Assembly: GCA_002369325.1 (NCBI GenBank)
Contig: DFDU01000046.1
Span: 101 to 64,100 of the forward strand
Length of the DNA stretch: 64,000 nucleotides
Direction of reading: 5' to 3'
Source: Lachnospiraceae bacterium UBA3820
Lineage (GTDB): Bacteria > Bacillota > Clostridia > Lachnospirales > Lachnospiraceae
Shown: in pieces, positions 40,435 through 50,100 of the stretch
Layout: each line of letters begins with the position of its first letter
How positions within the stretch are numbered: position 1 is the first letter of the stretch
Position numbers and translations under genes: made by a program
Notes under the pieces: generated by a model
Database searches by the model: none
What the model saw: the letters and a program-made list of their open reading frames with translations, nothing else
Told to the model about the DNA's origin: nothing

Positions 40435-42795
40435 TTAAAACAGGGCTTTACATACATAATCATATTCTTCCTTAAGAATTTCCTTATCCGAAAAGCCCGC
40501 TCTGTCAATAATATCCGTTATTCTCTCCGTATCGAAAAACTTTTCGAATTGTGCTGCCCTCTCCGGAGTTTTTTTCATAAGCTTTTCCTTTTTCTTATTA
40601 AATATATATGTTATCTGCTCCGAATAGTTTATTTTTGTTTTAAATGATTTATCGAATTTCCGCTTACGCCTGCAATAATTCGAATATCTTATAATAAGCT
40701 TATCGTTTAATCCGGCTTTGATAAATTTTATTAATAGAATAAGCCAAATGACAATTCTTATTCCCATAAGGATAATCAATGCACCCGCAATAATTCCTAC
40801 TATTGCATATATTATACCTCTTACGAGACTATCGGATATTTTAATATTACCTCCGTTTAAAACTCCTCCATCCGAATCATCATCATCGCCGGCCATATCA
40901 GAAAACATATCCCAGAAATCTTCCACATCCTCTTCATCGCCTGAAGGTGTTACCTCAACAGGGTACCAGCCTTTCCCCTCAATATATACCTCTATCCATG
41001 CATGTGCGTCCGCATCCGTCGCATTCACCTGAAGAAGTGCTGTTTCACCAAGCTCCGAATATCCGCTGTAATAATCCGAATATTTTTTATCACTGACAAG
41101 CTCCGCATCCACCAATTGATTATAACTTACGGCATATCCTTCCACATACCTTGTCGGTATTCCGAGATATCTCAATATGAGTGTTGCTGCCGAGGCAAAA
41201 TGTGCACAATATCCTTTTTTATTATCCGTAAGGAAATAATTTACAAAATCCCTTTTCTTAGGTGTCTTTCCCGGCTTAATCGTATAAGGAATATTCTCCT
41301 GATAATAATCCACAAGATTTTTTATTATCTCCTCGTCACTTCCGGAATGATCAAAGTTTTGGATAAAGCTTTCTATCGCTTCAACATTTGCCTCAGGAAC
41401 CTCCAAATCCCTTTCGGTACAAGGTGCACCTGTATATAGTGTTTCATCCACAACCGTATCATTACCATCAAGTCTCGGATAGAATCTTTCACTTATAAAG
41501 CCGTTATCATTATAGTCCGTTACCTCTCCCATGTAATACGGCACATAAAAACCGTTTCTGTCACCGTCAATATTTCTTATGCTTATAATACCTGCTGCCG
41601 ATGTCGGATTACCATCTTCATAGCTTTTCTTTAATGCCTCTGCCTCAGGACAGGTATAAGTGTCAGACGCAAAGTCTTCCTTTTCACCCTCATAATACTT
41701 TATGTTTGTCCAATAATTTTCATAAGGATTATAGCTTTCTCCGACAAAGCTCTTCAGATAAAGAGTATCATAAGAATACGGTGTAAATTTAATCATAAGA
41801 TCGGTTTGATAATCCAGACGCACCGTTGATACCGCACCAAGCTTACCGCTGTTCATACCTCCCTTATCCTGACCAAAGCGGAAAAAGCCCTCCAAACCAT
41901 CTGTAAGAAGTATGCTTACAGCTGCCATTGAAAGCTCTTTGTATTTATTTTGTTTATAACCTACGTTAAAATTCTCTTTAGGTTTTATCGAGCTTACAAG
42001 CGAAACCACACTGGCAACAAATATAAATGTTACAAGTGCCGCCTGCGAAAGTGCTTTTATATCATAGTTGTAAAAAAACTCTTTTTTCTTTTTCCCCCTG
42101 ACAATAAACTTGGAATTACTTCTTTTTACCGAAACCTGAGGACTGTAATGTCTGCTGACTTTTATAACGTACGCCATGGATATTCCTGCAAGAATCATAA
42201 GTGCATACAAAAAATCAGGTTCAAGAACCATATAAAGCGGTATGACATTAAAGAACATAACTATGAACATCGCTGTTGCATATTGCATTCGACGTGATAT
42301 ATATACATTTAACAGAATATCCAGAACAAGACCTATAAATAGTGAAACCATTGTTATCGTTAAATATCTGTCTTCAATACGCTCCGTATAAAGTCTTTGT
42401 ATGTCTATGTCAAAATACTCCGCCGCATTTCTGACGGAAATATTTACTATTGCATAAAATCCACTGTTTATATAAATTCTGAACAAATATACCAAACCGG
42501 CAAACAGCAAAAAAAGGAATAGATATCCGAGATTTTCCGTAAGCAGTCTGTAGTATAGCATAGAGCATAAAACAGCAAAAGAAAAAACAACCGCATGGCA
42601 AAGTATTACATTATACTCGGCTTTTATTGCAGACAAATAAAAGCCGATCGTTCCCATTGAAAGAAGATATACTATGAAACCTTTAAGCAAAAGAGTAAGT
42701 ATCCTCTTTTCCTTTTGTTCAAAGAAATCTTCACATAGAACGACGCCTTCGCAAAGCTCTATGGAATTATTATCCTTCTTTTTTTTCTTTGCCAT
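40435..42795 (-). CDS. Membrane transglutaminase-like protein (TgpA-type)
   Basis: GYCAHFASA, RYVEGY, HAWIEVY, EVTP; multi-TM N-terminus; start MAKKKK overlaps the DUF58 stop. Confidence 0.9.
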   Translation of the reverse strand: MAKKKKKDNNSIELCEGVVLCEDFFEQKEKRILTLLLKGFIVYLLSMGTIGFYLSAIKAEYNVILCHAVVFSFAVLCSMLYYRLLTENLGYLFLFLLFAGLVYLFRIYINSGFYAIVNISVRNAAEYFDIDIQRLYTERIEDRYLTITMVSLFIGLVLDILLNVYISRRMQYATAMFIVMFFNVIPLYMVLEPDFLYALMILAGISMAYVIKVSRHYSPQVSVKRSNSKFIVRGKKKKEFFYNYDIKALSQAALVTFIFVASVVSLVSSIKPKENFNVGYKQNKYKELSMAAVSILLTDGLEGFFRFGQDKGGMNSGKLGAVSTVRLDYQTDLMIKFTPYSYDTLYLKSFVGESYNPYENYWTNIKYYEGEKEDFASDTYTCPEAEALKKSYEDGNPTSAAGIISIRNIDGDRNGFYVPYYMGEVTDYNDNGFISERFYPRLDGNDTVVDETLYTGAPCTERDLEVPEANVEAIESFIQNFDHSGSDEEIIKNLVDYYQENIPYTIKPGKTPKKRDFVNYFLTDNKKGYCAHFASAATLILRYLGIPTRYVEGYAVSYNQLVDAELVSDKKYSDYYSGYSELGETALLQVNATDADAHAWIEVYIEGKGWYPVEVTPSGDEEDVEDFWDMFSDMAGDDDDSDGGVLNGGNIKISDSLVRGIIYAIVGIIAGALIILMGIRIVIWLILLIKFIKAGLNDKLIIRYSNYCRRKRKFDKSFKTKINYSEQITYIFNKKKEKLMKKTPERAAQFEKFFDTERITDIIDRAGFSDKEILKEEYDYVCKALF

Positions 42796-43844
42796 TATCC
42801 ATTCTCCCTGATATTCATCAGACAATTATTTCCGTCGGAGGTTATCAAAAGATATGATTTAATTTCCGGATGAACGGACGACATATGCGATGCGCCCTCC
42901 TCCATGTCCGTATATGTTTTCTCATAATATATTTTTTCAAATGCATTATCCAGATCCGCTTTGTAATCTATTCTGGTTGTTTCATACTCATATCTTTCCG
43001 TACTCCAGAACATAAGCCTTATCGTTGTTCCGTCATTTACAATCTGATTAACAAGAGTATATGCGGAAGTAAGTATCATATTAAGCTGAGCGGAAGTGTT
43101 TTTTACAAGCTCGACAAGCACCACAAGCTGTCTGTCCGACATACTTGCTCTGTCCTTAACCATAAGAATGTCTCTCTTTGCCGAAAGCTTCCAATGAATA
43201 CTCATAAGCTTATCTCCCGGAATATATTCTCTTATTTCCTGAACATCCGAAAAATCATTTCCTTTTTTTGAGCTTTCTTCGCTCTCCAACGAACCTTGTT
43301 CAAGTGAAACTTTGTCATAATTATATTCACCTATTATCTCAGGCATTATGGTAATCTCCGATTCCGCAGACACCTTCTTATTAAATTTAACAAAACCCAT
43401 AAGGTCCTTTATGCTTATCTTTTCAATACTGACCTGTACTATGCCCGGAAGAGTTGCAACAATCGGAAACTCTACTTTATTTTCCGATAACATTCTGATT
43501 GGCATAGACATTTTATGATTTCCGCCTGTACCGAAAAAAGTATTTTTTATATTCATGTAAACTACAGTATCAAGTGATATGAACGGTGTTTTATTTAAAA
43601 GCTTAACAAAAAAATAAGCCCTGTCATTTTGTTTTGCATATTCTTTGCCTGTACTGTTTATGGCGGCACTGATTTCTATTTGCACGAATTTTCTTAAAAT
43701 GAAAGCCATAATTATGGACGCAAAAGGAGACACAATCATAATTACCATAAGCATGAAATAAAAATGACTGTGTAAGAAATAATACATAATACCGTTTATA
43801 CCAAGTAAAATCGTATATATGATTAATCTTATTATACTCTCCAT
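42795..43844 (-). CDS. DUF58 protein
   Basis: IREYIPGDKLMSIHWKLSAK. Confidence 0.9.
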   Translation of the reverse strand: MESIIRLIIYTILLGINGIMYYFLHSHFYFMLMVIMIVSPFASIIMAFILRKFVQIEISAAINSTGKEYAKQNDRAYFFVKLLNKTPFISLDTVVYMNIKNTFFGTGGNHKMSMPIRMLSENKVEFPIVATLPGIVQVSIEKISIKDLMGFVKFNKKVSAESEITIMPEIIGEYNYDKVSLEQGSLESEESSKKGNDFSDVQEIREYIPGDKLMSIHWKLSAKRDILMVKDRASMSDRQLVVLVELVKNTSAQLNMILTSAYTLVNQIVNDGTTIRLMFWSTERYEYETTRIDYKADLDNAFEKIYYEKTYTDMEEGASHMSSVHPEIKSYLLITSDGNNCLMNIRENG

Positions 43845-43883
43845 AAATTCCGCATCCTGTTTTAATTATTTTCCGGCACGCCT

Positions 43884-44810
43884 TTAATTTCTCGGTGCCG
43901 GAATAGTCATAAGCAGCTGCCTTATGGCAGCATCCATATTATAGCCCATCGCTTTACTTTTTGCGGAAAGCTTGACTCTGTGTCCCAAAGTATCTTTAGT
44001 AATGCTTTGTACATCAAAAGCAGTCACATAATCTCTTCCGTCCAAAACCGCCATAGCCTTTGCCATTCTAAGCATTGCTATGGTTCCTCTCGGGCTTGCT
44101 CCCATGGAAAACATTTCATTGATTCTTGTCGCTTCAACGATATTTACTATATATTCATATATTTCATCTCTTATAAACATATCATTGGCAGCTTTTCTCA
44201 AAGCTATAAGCTCGTCAACACTGATTATCTCTCTGACATTATCTATCGGATGTGATGCATTTCCTTTAAGAATCTTAACAGCATCCTCATGGGCCGGATA
44301 TCCCATTGAAAGACAAACCATAAATCTGTCAAGCTGGGATTCCGGAAGCATCTGCGTACCCGATGAACCATACGGATTTTCGGTAGCAATAACTATAAAC
44401 GGATCCGGCAATCTTCTTGTAACACCATCAACCGTAGCAGTATGCTCCTCCATAACCTCAAGAAGCGCCGACTGTGTTTTAGGCGAGGTTCTGTTTATCT
44501 CATCAGCAAGAAAGAGATTGCAGAAAACAGAACCCTCTCTGTACTCAAAATCCTTTGTCTGTGAATTGTACATGGAAAATCCGAGTATATCACTCGGCAG
44601 TACATCAGGCGTAAACTGTACTCTCTTATAATTAAGCGACATGCTCTTTGCGAAGGTTGTGGCAAGAGTGGTTTTTCCCACTCCCGGAATATCTTCCATA
44701 AGAATGTGACCGCCTGCTATAACGGCACCGAGCACCTTTCGCACTACATCTTCCTTACCCTTTATTACTGTATTTACTTCATCACAAACTGCCTGAAGTT
44801 TTTCGTTCAT
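43884..44810 (-). CDS. MoxR AAA+ ATPase
   Basis: EDIPGVGKT, RVQFTPDVLPSD, ADEINR, SQLDRF. Confidence 0.95.
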   Translation of the reverse strand: MNEKLQAVCDEVNTVIKGKEDVVRKVLGAVIAGGHILMEDIPGVGKTTLATTFAKSMSLNYKRVQFTPDVLPSDILGFSMYNSQTKDFEYREGSVFCNLFLADEINRTSPKTQSALLEVMEEHTATVDGVTRRLPDPFIVIATENPYGSSGTQMLPESQLDRFMVCLSMGYPAHEDAVKILKGNASHPIDNVREIISVDELIALRKAANDMFIRDEIYEYIVNIVEATRINEMFSMGASPRGTIAMLRMAKAMAVLDGRDYVTAFDVQSITKDTLGHRVKLSAKSKAMGYNMDAAIRQLLMTIPAPRN

Positions 44811-44836
44811 ACGCTGTTCCTTTCATTATCCTTTTT

Positions 44837-44985
44837 TTGCACGACAGGTTACTGACCAAGTAATCGTCAGGCACGCTTGCGCTACTCTCATCACGTAGCG
44901 GTACTAAGCTCGTTGTTCCAACTCGCTAAGTACCGACGGATTCAAAGTACCTGACTTTTCACTTAGTCAGCACCCCGTCGTGCAA
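44837..44985. repeat. Structured palindromic element, copy 2 of the pair (element E)
   Basis: Outer stem TTGCACGAC...GTCGTGCAA; core shared with 34701-34782. Confidence 0.85.
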
Positions 44986-45013
44986 TACACGTTTTCTAAA
45001 AAATCAACTATAC

Positions 45014-46183
45014 TTATTTTGTAACCCCTGATTTTCTTGCGCATTCGGCAACTGCATCTGCTACTGCCTTCGCAACTTCCTTATTAAAGGCATCAGGGAT
45101 AATATATTCTTCATTAAGCTCGTCATCTTTTACGATGGATGCGATAGCCTTTGCGGCTGCAACCTTCATATCTTCTGTTATATCTGTTGCACGGGCATCA
45201 AGAGCTCCTCTGAATATTCCCGGGAATACAAGCACGTTATTTATCTGGTTAGGGAAATCAGAACGACCTGTTGCAATTATTCTTGCTCCACCCTTTCTTG
45301 CTTCATCAGGCATTATCTCAGGTGTAGGATTTGCCATAGCAAATACCATAGCGTCATCTGCCATTGATTCAACCATCTCAGGTGTTACGATGCCCGGAGC
45401 AGATACTCCTATGAATACATCCTTGCCCTTCATAACGTCAGCAAGACTTCCTCTTTCTTTATTCTTGTTTGTAATCTCAGCCATCTCCGCCTGAGCAGGA
45501 TTCATAAAAGGCTCACCCGGGCAAAGAGCACCCTTGCTGTTTACAAGAACTACATTTCCGATTCCGAATCTCATCAAAAGCTTGCAAATTGATATACCTG
45601 CAGCACCTGCTCCGCTTATTACGGCACTTATATCTTCCATCTTCTTACCGACTATCTTAAGTGCATTAATAAGTCCTGCACATACAACTACAGCAGTACC
45701 ATGCTGATCATCATGGAATACAGGTATGTCGAGTTCTTCTTTAAGTCTTTTTTCTATCTCAAAACATCTAGGTGCAGCTATATCCTCAAGATTTATTCCA
45801 CCGAATACAGGAGCGATTCTCTTAACTGTTTCAACTATCTCATCTACATCCTTTGTATCAAGGCAGATAGGAAATGCATCTACGTTACCGAAAGTTTTAA
45901 AAAGTATTGATTTTCCTTCCATAACAGGTATGGCAGCTTCCGGTCCGATATCTCCGAGACCGAGTACCGCTGTTCCGTCCGAAACAACAGCAACAAGATT
46001 TGATTTATTTGTATATTTATATACATCAAGCTTATTGTCTCTGATCTTGCGGCAAGGCTCTGCAACACCCGGTGTATAAGCAGTGCTTAAGTCATCCTTT
46101 GTCTTAACATCAACCTTAGAGATAACCTCTATCTTTCCCTTGTTTTCCTCATGCATCTTTAAACTGAGTTCATTGTAGTCCAT
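45014..46183 (-). CDS. NAD(P)-dependent malic enzyme
   Basis: AYTPGVA, DGTAVLGLGD, NLEDI, HDDQHGTA, GAGAAG, ANPTPEI. Confidence 0.95.
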   Translation of the reverse strand: MDYNELSLKMHEENKGKIEVISKVDVKTKDDLSTAYTPGVAEPCRKIRDNKLDVYKYTNKSNLVAVVSDGTAVLGLGDIGPEAAIPVMEGKSILFKTFGNVDAFPICLDTKDVDEIVETVKRIAPVFGGINLEDIAAPRCFEIEKRLKEELDIPVFHDDQHGTAVVVCAGLINALKIVGKKMEDISAVISGAGAAGISICKLLMRFGIGNVVLVNSKGALCPGEPFMNPAQAEMAEITNKNKERGSLADVMKGKDVFIGVSAPGIVTPEMVESMADDAMVFAMANPTPEIMPDEARKGGARIIATGRSDFPNQINNVLVFPGIFRGALDARATDITEDMKVAAAKAIASIVKDDELNEEYIIPDAFNKEVAKAVADAVAECARKSGVTK

Positions 46184-46263
46184 CTTTTTTCTCCTTTATG
46201 TATATATATTTATTTTATTATTATGCTTTTATAAATACGCATTTCAATTATGTTTATCACATT

Positions 46264-47142
46264 TTAATAATCAAATATCGACATCTGAACGCCAAGCGTT
46301 TTGTTTTTATATTCACGCATATATCTTGTGAGTTCTTCCTGATCATAAACTATTCCGTGCTTCTCACAGGTTTCTTTCAGAATTTTTGTAAGTGCCATGC
46401 TGTTCGGGCTCGGTACTTCATATGTTCCGCCGAAGGTTTCCATGTACTTTTCCTTCATTCCCGGAAAATGCTTATCAAGCTGTTCATAAAAATATTCCCT
46501 GTTTCCGTCCCGAAGTGTCATACCCATACCATACATGTAAACAATTCCGTATACTCCTGCCTGCACACAATAATCAAGAATGCCTCTAAGGTTCTCCTCG
46601 GTGTCATTTATAAACGGCAAAAGCGGTGTTATCCAGACTATCGTTGGAATGCCTCTTTTTTTCATTTCCATAAGCACCTTAAATCGCTCACTTGTCACAC
46701 AGACATTCGGCTCGAGTATCTTACACAGCTCATCATCATATGTTGTAAATGTCATGGCAACTATACATTTTGTCTTCCTGTTTATCTTTTCAAGTATGTC
46801 TATATCTCTTAAAATCAAATCCGATTTCGTCTGAATTACAACTCCGAAATCAAATCTTTCAATCTGGTTTAGGCATCTTCTCGTAAGCTGAAGTTCTTTT
46901 TCTATCGGTATGTACGGATCGCTCATAGACCCCGTCATAATCATGGTTTTATTTCGTTTTCGTTTGAGCGTATGCTCAAGGATATCATCTGCTCTCGTCT
47001 TTATCTCAACGTCCTCAAAGTCATGCTCCATTCGATAGCATTTACTTCTTGAATCGCAATATATACATCCGTGCAGACAACCTCGATATATATTCATACC
47101 GCTTTGCGGGGACAGAACCGCCTTCACTTCTTTATAATGCAT
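46264..47142 (-). CDS. Radical SAM protein (spore photoproduct lyase-like family)
   Basis: NIYRGCLHGCIYCD (CxxxCxxC), SMSDPY, IQTKS, LEPN. Confidence 0.9.
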   Translation of the reverse strand: MHYKEVKAVLSPQSGMNIYRGCLHGCIYCDSRSKCYRMEHDFEDVEIKTRADDILEHTLKRKRNKTMIMTGSMSDPYIPIEKELQLTRRCLNQIERFDFGVVIQTKSDLILRDIDILEKINRKTKCIVAMTFTTYDDELCKILEPNVCVTSERFKVLMEMKKRGIPTIVWITPLLPFINDTEENLRGILDYCVQAGVYGIVYMYGMGMTLRDGNREYFYEQLDKHFPGMKEKYMETFGGTYEVPSPNSMALTKILKETCEKHGIVYDQEELTRYMREYKNKTLGVQMSIFDY

Positions 47143-47160
47143 AAAGTTTTCTCCTTCGTT

Positions 47161-50100
47161 TTATATAAAATCAAAGCTGACCTGTTCGTAAGAAAGATCC
47201 TGATATTCCATTTCCTCCTGATCCACCTTACTGGTGTAATTTGTAACTACCGTAAGCTGTTTTCCCTTCGACATCTGCTGCCCAAGAATATAATTCACAT
47301 CGAATCTTCCCGTTATGGCAGGCGTTACACCTCTTGCCGGAACTATAAGCTGAACGTGATTGGCTTTTAAAAGTTCAAATATCGGCTCCCAGATATATAC
47401 ATCCTTTGCGGCACCGAAAGGGTTATCTATAAATATTGTCTTTGTAGTTACTTCATCGCTCTTTGTCTGATACATACCCGATATATAATTTATTATCGAA
47501 ACGAGGAACTGAATATATATACCTTGTGACTGTCCCGTACTTCCTACCGCCTCTTCATATTTAAGGTATCTACTCTGTTCTTTTATTCTCTCACGCTTAT
47601 ACAATGTAAGCTTTATAGCATTCATATCGGTTACGATTACACCAAACAGTTTTTTCAATGTAAGGCTTCCCCGTATATACTTCATTCTGTCCTTGTCATT
47701 TTCATATCCGTCAGCCGCAGCCACAACCTTATCGATGTAGTCAGACATCTTCTGCTTTAAGAACTCATCCTTAACATACGGAATATTTAAATCAACAACC
47801 TGTATGGCTTCGCCGTCGGAAATGATTCTCGAAAGCTTAGGCAGCTTGTCCAGCTCGGTTCTGACATCAAGACATCTTTGAAGACATTGTTCTTCAAAGT
47901 TTTCCTTTATGGTTTCCATATCGGAAAGACTCTTTTCGACTCTGTCTCTTTCAAGTTTTATATATTCAACCGTCTGATTAAGATTCGCAGAAAGCTCCTT
48001 CGCAAGAGAAAGTGATGACGGAATCGTAACATCATCCCTTATGGTTGCCGCAAGCTCAAACATACTCATCTGCTCCAATGCGGAAGAAGTATTACCCTTA
48101 AATCTAAGAAGCTCATTTTTTGCTTTATCAAGCTTCTTATTGCTTCTGTCATATTTGATAAGAGTATCTTCAAATATTTCTCTTAACTTATCCTTATCCT
48201 CGGTTACGATTGCAGCATCCTCAAGGCTTATATCATTGGTTGTTATGATACGCTTAACATCCTTATAAAGCTCAAGCATATATCCCTGTTCTTTTGCGTA
48301 GCGCTTGTATTCGGCTTCGCTTTCCTTTGCTTCCTTATCAAGCCTATCCAAAAGCTTTTCTCCGTCAGCAAGCCCAGCCATGATTTCAGAAAGAGAAGCT
48401 TCCTCTTCCTCAAAATGTCCGAAAGCAGCTTCAATATTACTTATGGCATAATCTATGCTTCCGGAAAGTCTGTCTGCTTCCGATATCTTGTTTTTATAAG
48501 CCTCCTCATATCCCTTAACCTGATAATCAAGCTCATCGATACTTCTTCTTATAGTTTCAAGCGTTCCTTCATCTATATCAAACAGCTCTTCCGTTTCATT
48601 AAGCTTCTTAATATTATCAAGAGAAGTTCCGCGCTTTTTGATGGTATTAAGGATTCTGTCCATGGAAATCTTTAATGTATCCATCAAAAGCTGCTTGTCA
48701 TCGATAGCTTTTTTGTCATCATCAAAGGAAAGCTTCATTGCCGTAAACTTTGCAACGATATCCTCCATGGAAAGTCCAAGATTATCATATTCTTTGTCTG
48801 GATTATAATAGCTTCTGTAATTATTATTCCAATCATTTACTATCTCATCTATCTGCTTTTCATAAGAAGCCGCTTTTGATTCAAGAAGAGCCACATCCAC
48901 TTTTTTACTTCCCTCATCTGCGGAAAGCTTATTTATTTCATCTCTTAAACGTTCTGCTTCGTTTCTGCTCTCCCGGGATATCTTTTCCCGGCCGTCAATT
49001 ATCTCACTTAAATTCTTTATGGTATAAAGTCTGTTATTATCAGCAAGAAGCTCTTCATAATAATTTTGCTTTGCTTCCTTTTCGTTTTTAAGCTTAGCTA
49101 ATTCACTCTCATAGCTTTTGATATTATCCCTGCAATTTTTAACAAGATTATCTACGTCTTTTAATTCCTTCTCGGTATTCTCAAGCTTTTCCTTTGCATC
49201 AAGGATATTGCCGGCTTCCGTCTTTATTACAAAAGCTCTGTCTTCGCGATAAGCATCATGAAGCTTTTCTTTCATTTCGCAGGCAAGCTTTAATTCCCTC
49301 GCATTTTCAACTTCCTTTGCTATAAGCTTATCCTTAGTATCCTCCGCAAGGAAAAATTCTTTATCGGCACACGCAAGAAGCATACTTTCACCGATGTAAA
49401 ATGCCTTTTCCTCATCCTGCTTCATATCAAAGATAAGAACCGCTTCACCGTCTGTATCTATACCGGTTATGTTTGGATCATCCTTAATCACATCAAAATC
49501 ATCTATTACTATTCCGTATGGTAAAAGAGGATTTTCATTAAGCAGCTTTTCCTTCTTCTCCTGACCGAGTGCGGAAATATAATCCATACCGAACATAGCT
49601 GTTATACCATGTCTTGTTTCGATATAGTCAAGTACCTTCTTAACGGATTTCGACGGTGCTATAAGTCTTCCTTCCTCAAGTCGTTTCAGCTTCTTATCAC
49701 TTCGTTTGATATCATGCTTTAAGTCGGCAAGCTCCAATATCTCATTGGTAAGTCTTTCCGAAATAACGTCAACAAGCTTCCCGTTATCGCCTGCCGCATA
49801 TACCTCTTTAATATTGTTATACTTTTTTATTGATTCTTTATATTCTTCTTCGCTGTTTTTTATCCCGGAAATGATTTCCTCAAGCGAAACCTTCTTTTGC
49901 TCATATTCATAGAGCCTGTTCTTTTCCTCACGAAGTCCGGATTCAAATTTATCTTCATCCTCCGAAATATCCGAAAGTCTTTTCTTCACACCGGATATAT
50001 TTTCTTCCGTTTCCTTAAGCTGCTCATCATAGCCGGCAAAGCTTATATTGTTCATGCTAAGCTTGACCCTGGAAAGCTTTCCGCTTAATTCTTCTATCTC

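Noticed and set aside
14669-44631. Many plus-strand ORFs of 60-270 aa (for example 14669..15277, 26279..27085, 44080..44631)
   Set aside because: They lie fully antisense to well-supported genes and show no recognisable motifs.
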